Of a DNA stretch of 64,000 nt, positions 46,239 to 56,294 are shown one piece after another (within the stretch, counting starts at the first letter, position 1; each line of letters opens with the position of its first letter). The translations under genes and the position numbers were made by a program. The stretch lies in NCBI GenBank assembly GCA_030681475.1, contig JAUXWT010000035.1, forward strand, positions 4,428 through 68,427, given 5' to 3'. The notes beneath the pieces were generated by a model. It was not told the origin of the DNA, searched no databases, and saw only the letters and a program-made list of their open reading frames with translations. The stretch is from Bacteroidales bacterium (GTDB lineage: Bacteria > Bacteroidota > Bacteroidia > Bacteroidales > FEN-979).

Positions 46239-47848
46239 TATTTATAATCGTATGGCCCTTCATTTACTCCCAATTCCGGCATGATATCAAAATTCTCAAC
46301 CGGCGGAGGGGAAGGGATGTTCCATTCAAAGGTTCTTCCTCCCCATGGATTATCCGGCGCTTTGGCGCCTTTTTTACTGAAAAGGGTGATCAACATAATT
46401 ACAAATCCGATGACCAGCAAAATCCCGCCCCAGAATGAAAGTTGATGTCCGAATGTAAACTGGGGTAAATAGTCGAAGTATCTTCGAGGCATGCCCATCA
46501 TCCCGATGATAAATTGAGGGAAATAGAGCAGATTGAATCCGGTAAAAAGGAATACGAATGACCAGTTGGCCATTTTTATATTATACATGCGACCATACAT
46601 CTTTGGATACCAGTAATATATGGCGGCAAAAAAGGCAAATCCCACCCCGCCAAAAACGATGTAATGGAAATGGGCAACCACATAGGCGGTATCATGAACA
46701 TGAATGTTCGTAGCCAGTGCGCCAAGTGATAGGCCAGTCATACCTCCGATCATAAAGAGAAAGATAAATCCGAGGGCAAATAAAAACGGTGGCTTAACTG
46801 AAATGGAGCCTTTGTACATGGTGGTCACCCAGTTAAAAACTTTAATGGCGCTGGGAACAGCAACCAGGAAAGTAAGCAAGGAGAAGACCCAGCGGGCGGT
46901 TGTACTCATCCCGGAGGTATACATATGATGTGCCCAAACGAAATACCCAACCGAGGCAATAGCCAGGCTGGAGATTGCAATGGCTTTATATCCGAAAATC
47001 CTCCGTAGCGCGAACGTGGGAATGATCTCGGTGATGACCCCCATTGCCGGCAAGATCATGATATAGACAGCAGGATGGGAATATATCCAGAACAAATGTT
47101 GATATAATATCGGGTCACCACCCAGGGATGGATCGAAGAAGCCGATCCGCAGCCACCTCTCAGCAATGATCATTAGCAAGGTTATCCCGACGATCGGAGT
47201 GGCAAGAACCTGTATCCAGGCAGTAGCGTAAAGTGACCATGGAAAGAGGGGCATTTTGAAAAATGTCATGCCTGGCGCGCGCATGCGGTGCATGGTCACG
47301 ATAAAATTCAATCCTGTGAGGATGGAAGAGAATCCGAGCACAAATGCCCCAAACACTGCCGCAACCACGTTGGTTTGAGTTTGGATGCTGTAGGGTGCAT
47401 AAAACGTCCATCCCGTATCTGGTGGACCGTTGCCCATGAATTGTGAAGCAAGTGCGATCGCAGCGCCAAGCACGTAGAGATAGAACGAAAACAGGTTTAA
47501 CCTAGGGAAGGCAACATCCTTGGCGCCAATCATCAATGGCAAGGAGAAATTTCCAAAAACTGCGGCCAATCCGGGAATTACAACGGTAAAAATCATGATG
47601 ATGCCATGAATCGTGAATATTCCGTTGTAGGCCTGCGGACCGTAGATCTGCTGACCCGGCCAGTAGAGTTCCATCCGCATCAATACGCCTAAGATAACTC
47701 CAACGCTGAAGAACACCATGATGGCATACATATACATCAACCCGATCCGCTTGTGGTCAGTTGATGTAAGCCAGGCCATCAGGCCTTTATATTTGCCCGT
47801 ATCAACGAGGTAACTTGGCTCAGGATGGTGAGTCTTTTCTTCTGTCAT
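46238..47848 (-). CDS. ctaD: Cytochrome c oxidase subunit I
   Basis: 536 aa. WFFGHP-like LFWIYSHPAVYIMILP, and HHMYT and HFHYIVFGG haem/CuB ligand regions. Confidence 0.95.
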   Translation of the reverse strand: MTEEKTHHPEPSYLVDTGKYKGLMAWLTSTDHKRIGLMYMYAIMVFFSVGVILGVLMRMELYWPGQQIYGPQAYNGIFTIHGIIMIFTVVIPGLAAVFGNFSLPLMIGAKDVAFPRLNLFSFYLYVLGAAIALASQFMGNGPPDTGWTFYAPYSIQTQTNVVAAVFGAFVLGFSSILTGLNFIVTMHRMRAPGMTFFKMPLFPWSLYATAWIQVLATPIVGITLLMIIAERWLRIGFFDPSLGGDPILYQHLFWIYSHPAVYIMILPAMGVITEIIPTFALRRIFGYKAIAISSLAIASVGYFVWAHHMYTSGMSTTARWVFSLLTFLVAVPSAIKVFNWVTTMYKGSISVKPPFLFALGFIFLFMIGGMTGLSLGALATNIHVHDTAYVVAHFHYIVFGGVGFAFFAAIYYWYPKMYGRMYNIKMANWSFVFLFTGFNLLYFPQFIIGMMGMPRRYFDYLPQFTFGHQLSFWGGILLVIGFVIMLITLFSKKGAKAPDNPWGGRTFEWNIPSPPPVENFDIMPELGVNEGPYDYK

Positions 47849-47849
47849 A

Positions 47850-48647
47850 TTATGTGTTTTGTGTTTTTGATTTCTTCCGGGACGACCGGATTATGAGAAT
47901 GATAAATAATGTAAGTGCAAAGAAAATGATCACGGTGGCAGCAATTTTAGTAACCTGCAAGGTGTATTTCCGACCTTCGGGGTCATAACTGAAACAATAT
48001 TCAAGTACACGGTTAATCGTTGGTCTCGACAAACCTTTCTGAGCTTCGACAATGGCCATTTTTACATCAAACACAAGAAAGGAGGTGCCATACAGGTAGC
48101 GGGTTACTTTTCCCTGAGGACTCAGAATCAAAATGCATGAAGGATGCATAAAATCATTTCCTGCACGGGTGAATTTGTAGCCGATAGTATGAATCAACGA
48201 ATAGATGTTGGCGCTGTCGCCAGTCAGGTAATCCCAATGGACAGCGCGCGGCCTGCTGTGTTCCCTTAAAAAGTTTTTTTTCTTCTCGACCGAAACGGCC
48301 GGAGTGTCGTCTTCATTGAAGCTGAAAGTGATCACCTGGTAATCTTTGCCCAGTTCCATCCCCATTTTTTCAATGACATCAGAAACTCCTGACAGCAATT
48401 GCGGACAAATTCCCGGACAGTCATAATAGACCGGGATAAGAATTGTTGGCTTAGTAATCAGTGATTTAAGTTGAACAGATTGCCCCAATTCATTTGTAAA
48501 GATCAGATTCGCAGGAATAATGGTGTCGAGCTGCTCCACAATTCCAACTTCCTCTTCAGCCCCGTCAAGTTGAGCGAACACCGGAAAGCTAAGAATGACC
48601 GCTATAATTATAAAGAATATGCCAGAATAAATAATTTTACTTTTCAT
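47850..48647 (-). CDS. SCO-family copper chaperone
   Basis: Signal/anchor sequence, CPGICP (CxxxCP) motif, C-terminal TM helix. Confidence 0.75.
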   Translation of the reverse strand: MKSKIIYSGIFFIIIAVILSFPVFAQLDGAEEEVGIVEQLDTIIPANLIFTNELGQSVQLKSLITKPTILIPVYYDCPGICPQLLSGVSDVIEKMGMELGKDYQVITFSFNEDDTPAVSVEKKKNFLREHSRPRAVHWDYLTGDSANIYSLIHTIGYKFTRAGNDFMHPSCILILSPQGKVTRYLYGTSFLVFDVKMAIVEAQKGLSRPTINRVLEYCFSYDPEGRKYTLQVTKIAATVIIFFALTLFIILIIRSSRKKSKTQNT

Positions 48648-48700
48648 AATAACGGTAATTAATATAGCATTTTCAAATCTTCAATTCTCCAAATCCCAAA

Positions 48701-49075
48701 TTAACCATGATCGTCTTCTTTATAAATGCCCGCGATCATCAACGATCCTCCGAGTAGTGATGTATCTTTCAGTAATTCAATCAGCGCCATATTTGCGGAG
48801 GCAGGCTCGAACAGTCCGGGGATATGGATGGTGCAGATAAAAATTAACAGCAACAAGGCAAGGAGAAGACAGGCAATTTGAATGAATTTTTTTGATACGA
48901 TGGCTATGCATGCAGCAATCAGAGCCAACCCGGTGAGGATTACCGTAAAGCCTCCTCCCGGGATAAATGAACTCACCATCCCAACATAATAATTATACAT
49001 CAGGAAGTGATTCAGCCCCATGATGCCGAATGGTATGGCAAACAGAATTCTCCCAATGGTTGACAATTGTTTCAT
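48701..49075 (-). CDS. DoxX-family membrane protein
   Basis: 124 aa, 4 TM helices. GRILFAIPFGIMGLNHF N-terminus typical of DoxX. Confidence 0.6.
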   Translation of the reverse strand: MKQLSTIGRILFAIPFGIMGLNHFLMYNYYVGMVSSFIPGGGFTVILTGLALIAACIAIVSKKFIQIACLLLALLLLIFICTIHIPGLFEPASANMALIELLKDTSLLGGSLMIAGIYKEDDHG

Positions 49076-49112
49076 TCTTTCCTTTTTTAGTATCTGGTAA
49101 TTCCTGATTATT

Positions 49113-50018
49113 TTAAAGGTTAATTTTTTTCACTTTCCTTATTTTCAGGATCGAATATACAATATAGAATATAAATCCCCACACAATGATCACTGATAGT
49201 GTATAGGTGAGAATTATCCAAACCGGGGCCTTTCCACGGGTTGCCCACCATGCTCGGCCTTCGGTCAGACTGGGCATGTCGGTTGGTTTGCCAATGGCAA
49301 GGGTTGCAATTGCACCGGTGGTTTTCATGATGTTTTTTGGATCATTGACCATGGCTGAAACCTCAACATAACCTTCCTTATTACCAGGCAGATCGGCAGG
49401 AAATTCAAAGATGGCAAGGCCCTTGTCGTTCGTAGTTTTAAGTTCTCCTACCTGCAACTTGCCAAAAAATCGCTTTACAAACAGTGCAACTTCGACTCCG
49501 GCTGCATGGACTGATTGGCCATCTTTCAATTCTTCGTTGGCGGTAACAACAACTTTTTTCCCCAGATCGTCGTATTTCATGTCCAGGGTAACAATTCTGC
49601 CGGCAAATGAGGCTTTGGTTGCCGGGTTTGGTTGAATGTATTTAGGGTTGTAAGAACGCATATAGGCGATGACCCACCAACGTTCATCTTCCGACAGGAT
49701 ATTGCGAAATTCGGGCATTGGCGCTTTACCAACCGTGATACGGTAAAACAGTTCACCATCGGGCTGTTTCTGAGCCAATTCTTTTGACAAATCGCCGGGT
49801 GGCGGTGTGAGTTTCGCCCAATTGTCCTTCCCCATGAGGCCGTGGCACGACTGGCAGTTTTTCAGGTAGATCTGTTCGCCCTGTTTTTGCATTTCAGGAG
49901 TGAAAAGAAATGGGGCTACCACCGTTTTTTGATCATCGGGAACCACCCAGGTTTGAGCGGAAACAGTCATTCCGATGGAACAGACGTAGAGGATAATGAA
50001 TAGGTTTATAAAACGCAT
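49113..50018 (-). CDS. Membrane-anchored monoheme c-type cytochrome with extra beta-rich domain
   Basis: Signal peptide. A single CQSCH haem site with distal APMPEF. About 150-aa additional domain. C-terminal TM helix VWIILTYTLSVIIVWGFIFYIVY. Confidence 0.7.
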   Translation of the reverse strand: MRFINLFIILYVCSIGMTVSAQTWVVPDDQKTVVAPFLFTPEMQKQGEQIYLKNCQSCHGLMGKDNWAKLTPPPGDLSKELAQKQPDGELFYRITVGKAPMPEFRNILSEDERWWVIAYMRSYNPKYIQPNPATKASFAGRIVTLDMKYDDLGKKVVVTANEELKDGQSVHAAGVEVALFVKRFFGKLQVGELKTTNDKGLAIFEFPADLPGNKEGYVEVSAMVNDPKNIMKTTGAIATLAIGKPTDMPSLTEGRAWWATRGKAPVWIILTYTLSVIIVWGFIFYIVYSILKIRKVKKINL

Positions 50019-50039
50019 GGTTCCTTGATTATTTCTTGG

Positions 50040-51371
50040 TTAATCAAATTTAAAATGTTCAATGCCTTTTTCCCTGGCAGTTTCATGCAGCGGGATGACC
50101 GGAAAAAATTTTGAAATAAGGGTGATGATGATGAGCACAAGTATGAACGGGGCGATCGTAATCATTGTCTCGATCAACGTCGGTGAATAATGAACAAAGT
50201 TTTGCGGTACATGCTGAATGGGAAGAAAGGGATGTTCCTGGGTGGGGATCACAATGATATATCTTTTAAACCATGCCGCAATAAGCACTGCCACGGATAT
50301 AAGCATGATTGGCAGTGGTTTACGGAAACGATGGAAGAGCATGAAGAGAATGGGAAGGATCAGTCCGCCAATCTGGACTACCCAAAAAAGCAGTGTGTCT
50401 TTACCGGCAAAAAGTTCATGCAGGTGAACAGCATCGGCACGTTTCAGTTTATATCCCGGTACCAGGAACTCGTTGATGTTGAAATAGAGATAAACCAGGG
50501 AAACTGTGGCAAGCACTTTTCCCATGTTGTTGAAGTGCAAATCGGTGAGATAATTTTGCAGTTTATAGTTTTTTCGGAAGAAGAACATCGCGATGATGAC
50601 GGCGGCAGAACCTGCAACAAAAGCGCCCGAAACAAAATAGGGCCCAAAAACCGTACTGTCCCAACCTGCCCGTGAGGTAACTGCAAACAACCATGAAGTG
50701 ACCGTATGGATCGAAAGCGCAGCCGGAATCAGCAAGATAAGCAGTGTACGAATAGCCCGGTTAATGATCTTATTCTGTTGCGGGTTATCAGTGAAATTCA
50801 ATGATAGAACTTTGTAAATTGGCTTAAGCCAGGATGGCAACCTGTCAACTTTCCGGTGAATGATGGCCATATCTGCAATAAGTGGCAGGAACAATAACAG
50901 CAAGCTCAGTACCAAATATGTTGTAATTACTGTGACATCCCAAAGGATAGGTGATTGTGGCCGTCCGTAAAGAAAAACATAGACCAGGCGTTCAGGGCGA
51001 CCCATGTCGGAAACAATGACCAGTCCGGCAACAGCGGCAAAGGCAACGGCAATCGTCTCTGCAATCCGGGTAATCGGGGTTAGCCATTTCATACCGATCA
51101 GACCAAGCACTGCGCTGATAAGCATTCCGATGAGGCTGGCTGCCACGAAAAAGACAAAGTTCGCCAGGTACATTCCCCAGGTAACATAGTCGCGGATACC
51201 GGCCACCCCCAATCCGGTCCTAAGTTGGATCGAATAGGCATAAAGACAGACCATCAGCGACACGGTCAGAAAACCCATCCAGATCAGGAATCCTTTATTG
51301 ATCCTGATATGATGAGTAAGATCGCTGGTGATTTTGTCGAAGGTAAATTGATTGTCATCCATGGTCATCAT
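50040..51371 (-). CDS. NrfD/PsrC/ActC-like polytopic quinone-interacting membrane subunit
   Basis: 443 aa, about 10 TM helices. GRPERL and WDV...TTY motifs of the NrfD family. ATGA overlap with the upstream Fe-S gene. Confidence 0.75.
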   Translation of the reverse strand: MMTMDDNQFTFDKITSDLTHHIRINKGFLIWMGFLTVSLMVCLYAYSIQLRTGLGVAGIRDYVTWGMYLANFVFFVAASLIGMLISAVLGLIGMKWLTPITRIAETIAVAFAAVAGLVIVSDMGRPERLVYVFLYGRPQSPILWDVTVITTYLVLSLLLLFLPLIADMAIIHRKVDRLPSWLKPIYKVLSLNFTDNPQQNKIINRAIRTLLILLIPAALSIHTVTSWLFAVTSRAGWDSTVFGPYFVSGAFVAGSAAVIIAMFFFRKNYKLQNYLTDLHFNNMGKVLATVSLVYLYFNINEFLVPGYKLKRADAVHLHELFAGKDTLLFWVVQIGGLILPILFMLFHRFRKPLPIMLISVAVLIAAWFKRYIIVIPTQEHPFLPIQHVPQNFVHYSPTLIETMITIAPFILVLIIITLISKFFPVIPLHETAREKGIEHFKFD

Positions 51372-52339
51372 GCTTTTTCAGGAGTTGCATCGCCGGCCTC
51401 TTCAAACGGGAACAGACGGTTTTTAGGTGGCAGGTAATACACGCGCGGCTTGGTTCCCAGCTCAGGCATCAACTGATAGCCTCCATTGTCGCGAAGAAGT
51501 TTGCTTAACCTGACTGTTTCCTTGGTGGTGCCGTTGGTCACAGCATCTTCGTTTTCATCGCCGAAGTAATAAACACCGTTGGGGCAAGCTTCAACGCAAT
51601 AAGGCAATTTACCCTCTCTGAGCCGGTCGGCGCTGAAAAGGCATTTGGAGATGGTGCCCAGTTTTTGGGGAACATTCAGTTCCACATTATAATCCTTTCC
51701 CTGGTGACTGGCAGCATCCTTAGGTTCTATCCAGTTGAATATACGGGCTGAGTAAGGACATGCGGCCATGCAAAAGCGGCAACCGATACAACGGTCATTA
51801 TCAATAAGTACGATGCCATCGGGTCGTTTGTAGGTAGCGTCAACCGGACATACCGAAACGCAAGGCGGATTATCGCAATGCTGGCAGTGCTTCGGCATGT
51901 TGTAAGGCGCTGTACCCGGAGCATCCTTCATTTGAAGTACATTCACGTGGTATTGCTCCGGTCGCAACTGGTGTGCATCCTGACATGCAGAGATGCATTT
52001 ACGTGCGTTGCGGCATTTCGAAAGATCAATTACCAACACCCAGCGCCGTCCGGGAATACCCTCCCGTCCCTGGGATATCAGGAGCTCTTCACCTGTTTTT
52101 TCCAGCGCTTTGATCTCAAGTGAATCCACCTGAACCAACTTTCCATCTTGCGTGAGTAACACTTTCTGATCGCCGGAGACCTCTTTCTTGGCCTCAAAAA
52201 TGTGACCGGAATATAGCGCGGCTGCACCAGTGGCAACGCCAACACCAGCCAACCCAAGGTTTTTCAGAAAGTTTCGGCGGGTGGAATTTTTTTGATCTTC
52301 TGATTCATCAGGGGAATGGGGAGTATTGTTATCGTCCAT
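51368..52339 (-). CDS. Tat-exported 4Fe-4S ferredoxin-type subunit (NrfC/PsrB/ActB2-like)
   Basis: Twin-arginine signal TRRNFLKNLGLAG. Cys clusters CQHCDNPPCVSVCP, CIGCRFCMAACP and C...CVEACP. Confidence 0.8.
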   Translation of the reverse strand: MDDNNTPHSPDESEDQKNSTRRNFLKNLGLAGVGVATGAAALYSGHIFEAKKEVSGDQKVLLTQDGKLVQVDSLEIKALEKTGEELLISQGREGIPGRRWVLVIDLSKCRNARKCISACQDAHQLRPEQYHVNVLQMKDAPGTAPYNMPKHCQHCDNPPCVSVCPVDATYKRPDGIVLIDNDRCIGCRFCMAACPYSARIFNWIEPKDAASHQGKDYNVELNVPQKLGTISKCLFSADRLREGKLPYCVEACPNGVYYFGDENEDAVTNGTTKETVRLSKLLRDNGGYQLMPELGTKPRVYYLPPKNRLFPFEEAGDATPEKA

Positions 52340-52367
52340 GATTATTTCTTGTCGGAATTAATATGCA

Positions 52368-52375
52368 CAAATGTA
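52368..52375 (-). promoter_or_regulatory. Candidate -7 box (TACATTTG on minus strand) for the respiratory cluster
   Basis: 29 nt upstream of the ATG at 52339, in a 50-nt spacer. Confidence 0.35.
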
Positions 52376-52389
52376 AATAAATAATCGAA

Positions 52390-54912
52390 TTAAAAGGGGA
52401 ATAGCATTGAAATTTTTCCGGCAAAATTATTACCGACATTTTCGAATGAATAGGGGCCCCACCGGTAAAATGCGCCAATTCCAATGGTATAAATCCGAAG
52501 GTTGATGAGGTTGTTTATCAGCAACCCGGATTCATAATAGCCCAGTTTCATTTCCCTGGGGTTGATGGAGTTATAACTATACCTGGGTTTGTGATCGAGC
52601 CAGCCGAAGCCGACATTCTGGCTGAGGGCAAATTCAGGATGAAACCATTTCTTCCCCTTGAAAAGCAGGTAGCCAAAGTCGTGATAAATATAGATGGATG
52701 CATATTTATTTGAAAGAAATTCATTGCTTCGCATGGTGGCAAAACTGTTGGGTGCGTACAAAGATATCAACCGGTAACTAGCCGGTGCATAGTAAAGGTT
52801 GCATGCCGGAACAGGCTGATCAATAAATCCTCCGTTGATCTGTAGGGTCAGTTTTCCAAGATATTTGATATTAAATGTTTTACGTATTTTTAAATCGAAC
52901 CGGTCATAGTCATATTCACCCCGCAACAGGTTTTTTACTCCTCTTGTGTATTGAATCCATATCACCGGATATTTTGTGCCCAGGGAAATTTTGTTGTTAA
53001 CCGTCTGAATGAATTTTTCTCCATAGGCCCATTTGAACCCGGCCGTAATGTTGGTGAACCGGAATTGGTCATGGAACAATATGGTATTTCCATCTGCTGA
53101 TACCAGATCAATGGTGGTCGTTTTCTTAAAATCATTGGATATCCCTATATTGAATAACATATATTTTAAAGCCCTGAATCCCATGGAAAAGTCAAACTGT
53201 TGTGTCCGGTCGAGTTTCTTCAGCATCAGTTGCCTGAAGTTACCAGCGAGGATTGATTCATAGTCTGCGGGAAAACTCACGCCTCCGGACTCAACAAGGT
53301 CGTAAAAGCCGGAGGCGGTCATGGTCACATCGTGACGCCGGTTTACCAGAAACCTTACATCACCCCCGTATTTTGAAGTGGAAATCCCAAATGCATATTG
53401 ATAAAATCCTCCGATTTTAAACCAATCCGACAGGTGATCATTGGTATGTAGACCTGCACCCACTACAAGTCCCTCGTAAGTGTTGTAGTTAAGAAACCGG
53501 TTAATATCTATGTCGATGGGGCCCCATGGAATGCGTCCGGTAAGCAGGGTTTGGAGTGTTTTGGCCATTTTATCGAAGTTGTTGGCCTCTCCGACACTAT
53601 CGAGTACCCTGTAGGTCTGACGGTCTTTCCGGGTTAAACTGTCAACGCGGTATTGGTTCCAGAACGGTTCACTCCGCGAGGTGGCATCCTTATCGACCTC
53701 AACATCAAGATGATTGAATTCACGTCGCACAAGTTCGGGGTTCAGGACAATGTCGCGAATATAGCTCCGGCCACTGCCTACCGCTTTGTATTTTCCGACA
53801 CGCATATTGTTGAAAGCCACGTCGGTATTGAGCTGAACCGGAAACCACTGCTCTCCGTCTATAAGCTCGTAAAGCTGGTTGATCCTGATCATGATCCCAC
53901 CCGTGTTCGGATAGGGTTCGGCGGTGACATTCTGAATACCCCAATTGTGGGTGTTGATGGAAATAACTCCTTTCATGCCATCGAAATTTGTCCCTTTCCT
54001 GGGTCTGAAAGACAGAATAAAAACGGTATCCTTACCTTTATACGTGGTATCTTCGATTTTGAAAAAATACTTATTGAGACTCCCGCTCCCTATCGGATTG
54101 ATATAATCCTTCATCATGATCGAGATGATGGGTTTGTAAAACGAAAATGACTGGATCTGCGTGGCAAGGAATACAAGGATGGGGTCTTTAAAACCCGACA
54201 TCTTAGTTGCGATCACTTTGTTGTAGTTCTTGTCGGGAGCCATGAATTTTCGCCTGGTCACATTTTCCATGAGGAACAGGTACTGGTTGCTGATCAACTT
54301 TTCGATTAATCGTGCTGTTGAGTCCTTCATGGTAGAATCCGTTGGCACCGAGTCGGCTTTTATCTCAAAGTTTAACCCGATGCCACTGGTACCTTGAACC
54401 ATCGAGGTGTCAACCAGAGCTGAAAAATCATTGCGGATGGTGGTATCCATATCCACGGTAAAAACGGTTTTATCATAGGCCGTATAAGAAAAAGAACTTA
54501 CTTTTTCCGGATCATTGATGTTACGGTTATCAATAACATTGCGGATGATGCGGTGGGCAGGGTTGATACCCGGAAGGATCTCTACCTCCTGCAGATCGAT
54601 CTCCTTCTGTATCATTTTGATAATAAGATCCCTGGACTGGTCTGTTATCTCGACAGTCATCGGTTCATACCCAACGTAAGTCAACCTGATGGTTTGAACC
54701 GGTTTTGTCGAATGGAGCTTGAATTTACCGTCGATGTCGGTTGTTCCCCCGGTATTGCTGTTATTTATAACAATGTTTACGAATGCCAGGGATCCCCTTG
54801 TTTTAGAATCAACCACCCTTCCTGAAACTGAAAATGAACCCTGGGCGAAGCAATTTGCGGTGATCAAAGGAAAAATCAACAGGAACAAAAGGAGGCGGAG
54901 GTACATGAACAT
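52390..54912 (-). CDS. Carboxypeptidase-regulatory-like domain plus DUF5686-like outer-membrane protein
   Basis: Signal peptide. N-terminal SGRVVDSKTRGSLAFVNIVI...TDIDGKF (CarbopepD_reg_2-like). About 800-aa beta-rich remainder ending in F. Confidence 0.6.
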   Translation of the reverse strand: MFMYLRLLLFLLIFPLITANCFAQGSFSVSGRVVDSKTRGSLAFVNIVINNSNTGGTTDIDGKFKLHSTKPVQTIRLTYVGYEPMTVEITDQSRDLIIKMIQKEIDLQEVEILPGINPAHRIIRNVIDNRNINDPEKVSSFSYTAYDKTVFTVDMDTTIRNDFSALVDTSMVQGTSGIGLNFEIKADSVPTDSTMKDSTARLIEKLISNQYLFLMENVTRRKFMAPDKNYNKVIATKMSGFKDPILVFLATQIQSFSFYKPIISIMMKDYINPIGSGSLNKYFFKIEDTTYKGKDTVFILSFRPRKGTNFDGMKGVISINTHNWGIQNVTAEPYPNTGGIMIRINQLYELIDGEQWFPVQLNTDVAFNNMRVGKYKAVGSGRSYIRDIVLNPELVRREFNHLDVEVDKDATSRSEPFWNQYRVDSLTRKDRQTYRVLDSVGEANNFDKMAKTLQTLLTGRIPWGPIDIDINRFLNYNTYEGLVVGAGLHTNDHLSDWFKIGGFYQYAFGISTSKYGGDVRFLVNRRHDVTMTASGFYDLVESGGVSFPADYESILAGNFRQLMLKKLDRTQQFDFSMGFRALKYMLFNIGISNDFKKTTTIDLVSADGNTILFHDQFRFTNITAGFKWAYGEKFIQTVNNKISLGTKYPVIWIQYTRGVKNLLRGEYDYDRFDLKIRKTFNIKYLGKLTLQINGGFIDQPVPACNLYYAPASYRLISLYAPNSFATMRSNEFLSNKYASIYIYHDFGYLLFKGKKWFHPEFALSQNVGFGWLDHKPRYSYNSINPREMKLGYYESGLLINNLINLRIYTIGIGAFYRWGPYSFENVGNNFAGKISMLFPF

Positions 54913-54923
54913 TGATTTTTTTT

Positions 54924-54931
54924 CAAAGGTA
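54924..54931 (-). promoter_or_regulatory. Candidate -7 box (TACCTTTG on minus strand)
   Basis: 12 nt upstream of the ATG at 54912. This implies a very short leader. Confidence 0.3.
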
Positions 54932-55013
54932 AGAATTTAAAATAATCGTAACTTTCCAAAAAATTAGGATATCTGCAAAGAGGTAATAACACAAGGAAAA
55001 AGTGACAAAAGAG

Positions 55014-56177
55014 ATGAATTTTCCATTGATCGCCAAAACAATTTCCGGTCTTGAGGATGTATTGATGCAGGAATTAGGGACACTTGGAGCGACCGGTATG
55101 ATGAAACTGAACCGTGCAGTTTCCTTTACGGGCGATACGGAAACAATGTACAAAGTCAATTATGCCTGCCGGACTGTACTGAGGATACTAAAACCATTGT
55201 TCCACTTTGAGATCCTTGAACAAAAGGATCTTTACGAAAAAATTTATGAATTCCCCTGGGAAGATTTAGTGGACGCGGAACATTCCATTGCCATTGATGC
55301 GGTAATTTCTTACACGGTTTTCACAAATTCTCAATTTGTCGCACAACGGTCTAAAGATGCCATTGTGGACCGGTTGCGGGATAAAACCGGCAAGCGCCCC
55401 TCTGTGGATCTGGAAAATCCTGATTTGAAGGTAAATGTACACCTGTTCAAGGATTCCTGCACGGTTGCGCTCGATTCATCCGGGCAATCACTTCATCGTC
55501 GCGGGTACCGGCAAAGCACTGGTCCGGCGCCTATCAACGAAGTACTTGCCGCCGGCCTTGTGAAACTTTCGGAATGGGATGGCGTCAAACCATTGTTCGA
55601 CCCGATGTGCGGATCAGCGACCTTGCTGATCGAGGCTGCCATGCTTGCAAAAAATATGCCCTCCGGTTATTTCCGGGAGGAATGGGGGTTTATGAAATGG
55701 CGGGATTTTGATGCGGAGCTGTGGGAAAAGGTCAAAGTTGATTCAAACGAACTCATTACTGATTTAAAGGTAAAACTGCATGGCGCCGACCGGGCGCCGC
55801 GCGCCATTGAATCTGCCCGTGAAAACCTCCGGTTTACCAACCTTTATGAGGAGATCACGCTGGAAGTTAAAACATTTGAAGAATCAGAACCTCCGTTTGA
55901 CAAGGGATTCATTATCTCAAACCCGCCTTACGATGAGCGGCTTCAGATAGAAGATTCGCTTGTGTTTTATAAAATGATCGGCGATACCCTGAAACGGAAA
56001 TATGCCGGATTTACGGCCTGGCTGATCTCATCGGACCTGGAAACCATAAAATTTATCGGGTTGCGGCCCTCCCGAAGGATCGCGGTATTCAACGGCCCGC
56101 TGGAATGCAGGTTTTTGAAGTTTGATCTTTTTGCCGGGAAGAAGGGGTATGGGGAAACTGATATTAAGGCGGAGTAG
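55014..56177 (+). CDS. THUMP-domain class I SAM-dependent RNA methyltransferase (RlmL/K-like)
   Basis: DPMCGSATLLIEAA and NPPYDERL motifs. I prefer the ATG at 55014 (MNFPLIAKT...) over the GTG at 55002. Confidence 0.75.
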   Translation: MNFPLIAKTISGLEDVLMQELGTLGATGMMKLNRAVSFTGDTETMYKVNYACRTVLRILKPLFHFEILEQKDLYEKIYEFPWEDLVDAEHSIAIDAVISYTVFTNSQFVAQRSKDAIVDRLRDKTGKRPSVDLENPDLKVNVHLFKDSCTVALDSSGQSLHRRGYRQSTGPAPINEVLAAGLVKLSEWDGVKPLFDPMCGSATLLIEAAMLAKNMPSGYFREEWGFMKWRDFDAELWEKVKVDSNELITDLKVKLHGADRAPRAIESARENLRFTNLYEEITLEVKTFEESEPPFDKGFIISNPPYDERLQIEDSLVFYKMIGDTLKRKYAGFTAWLISSDLETIKFIGLRPSRRIAVFNGPLECRFLKFDLFAGKKGYGETDIKAE

Positions 56178-56220
56178 GTTTATTTGCAAGTTCTACTTTT
56201 GTAAGATCATTGTAAAACAC

Positions 56221-56294
56221 AAAATGCAAAATGCAAATGGTAAGATGCAATATATGGAAACCTGTCCGCTTGTCCGCCTGTCCGCCTGTCCGGC
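56221..56294. repeat. Composite array A: six 7-mers (AAAATGC family) followed by four 8-mers (TGTCCGCY)
   Basis: Direct read. 56231-56262 is identical to 56572-56603. Confidence 0.9.

Noticed and set aside
49113-52339. Annotation as canonical alternative complex III, polysulfide reductase or Nrf nitrite reductase
   Set aside because: There is no ActA, ActB1, ActD or ActF, no molybdopterin catalytic subunit, and no NrfA/NrfB-type multihaem gene adjacent. Only the Fe-S, NrfD-like and monoheme cytochrome c genes are present, so none of the named systems fits.
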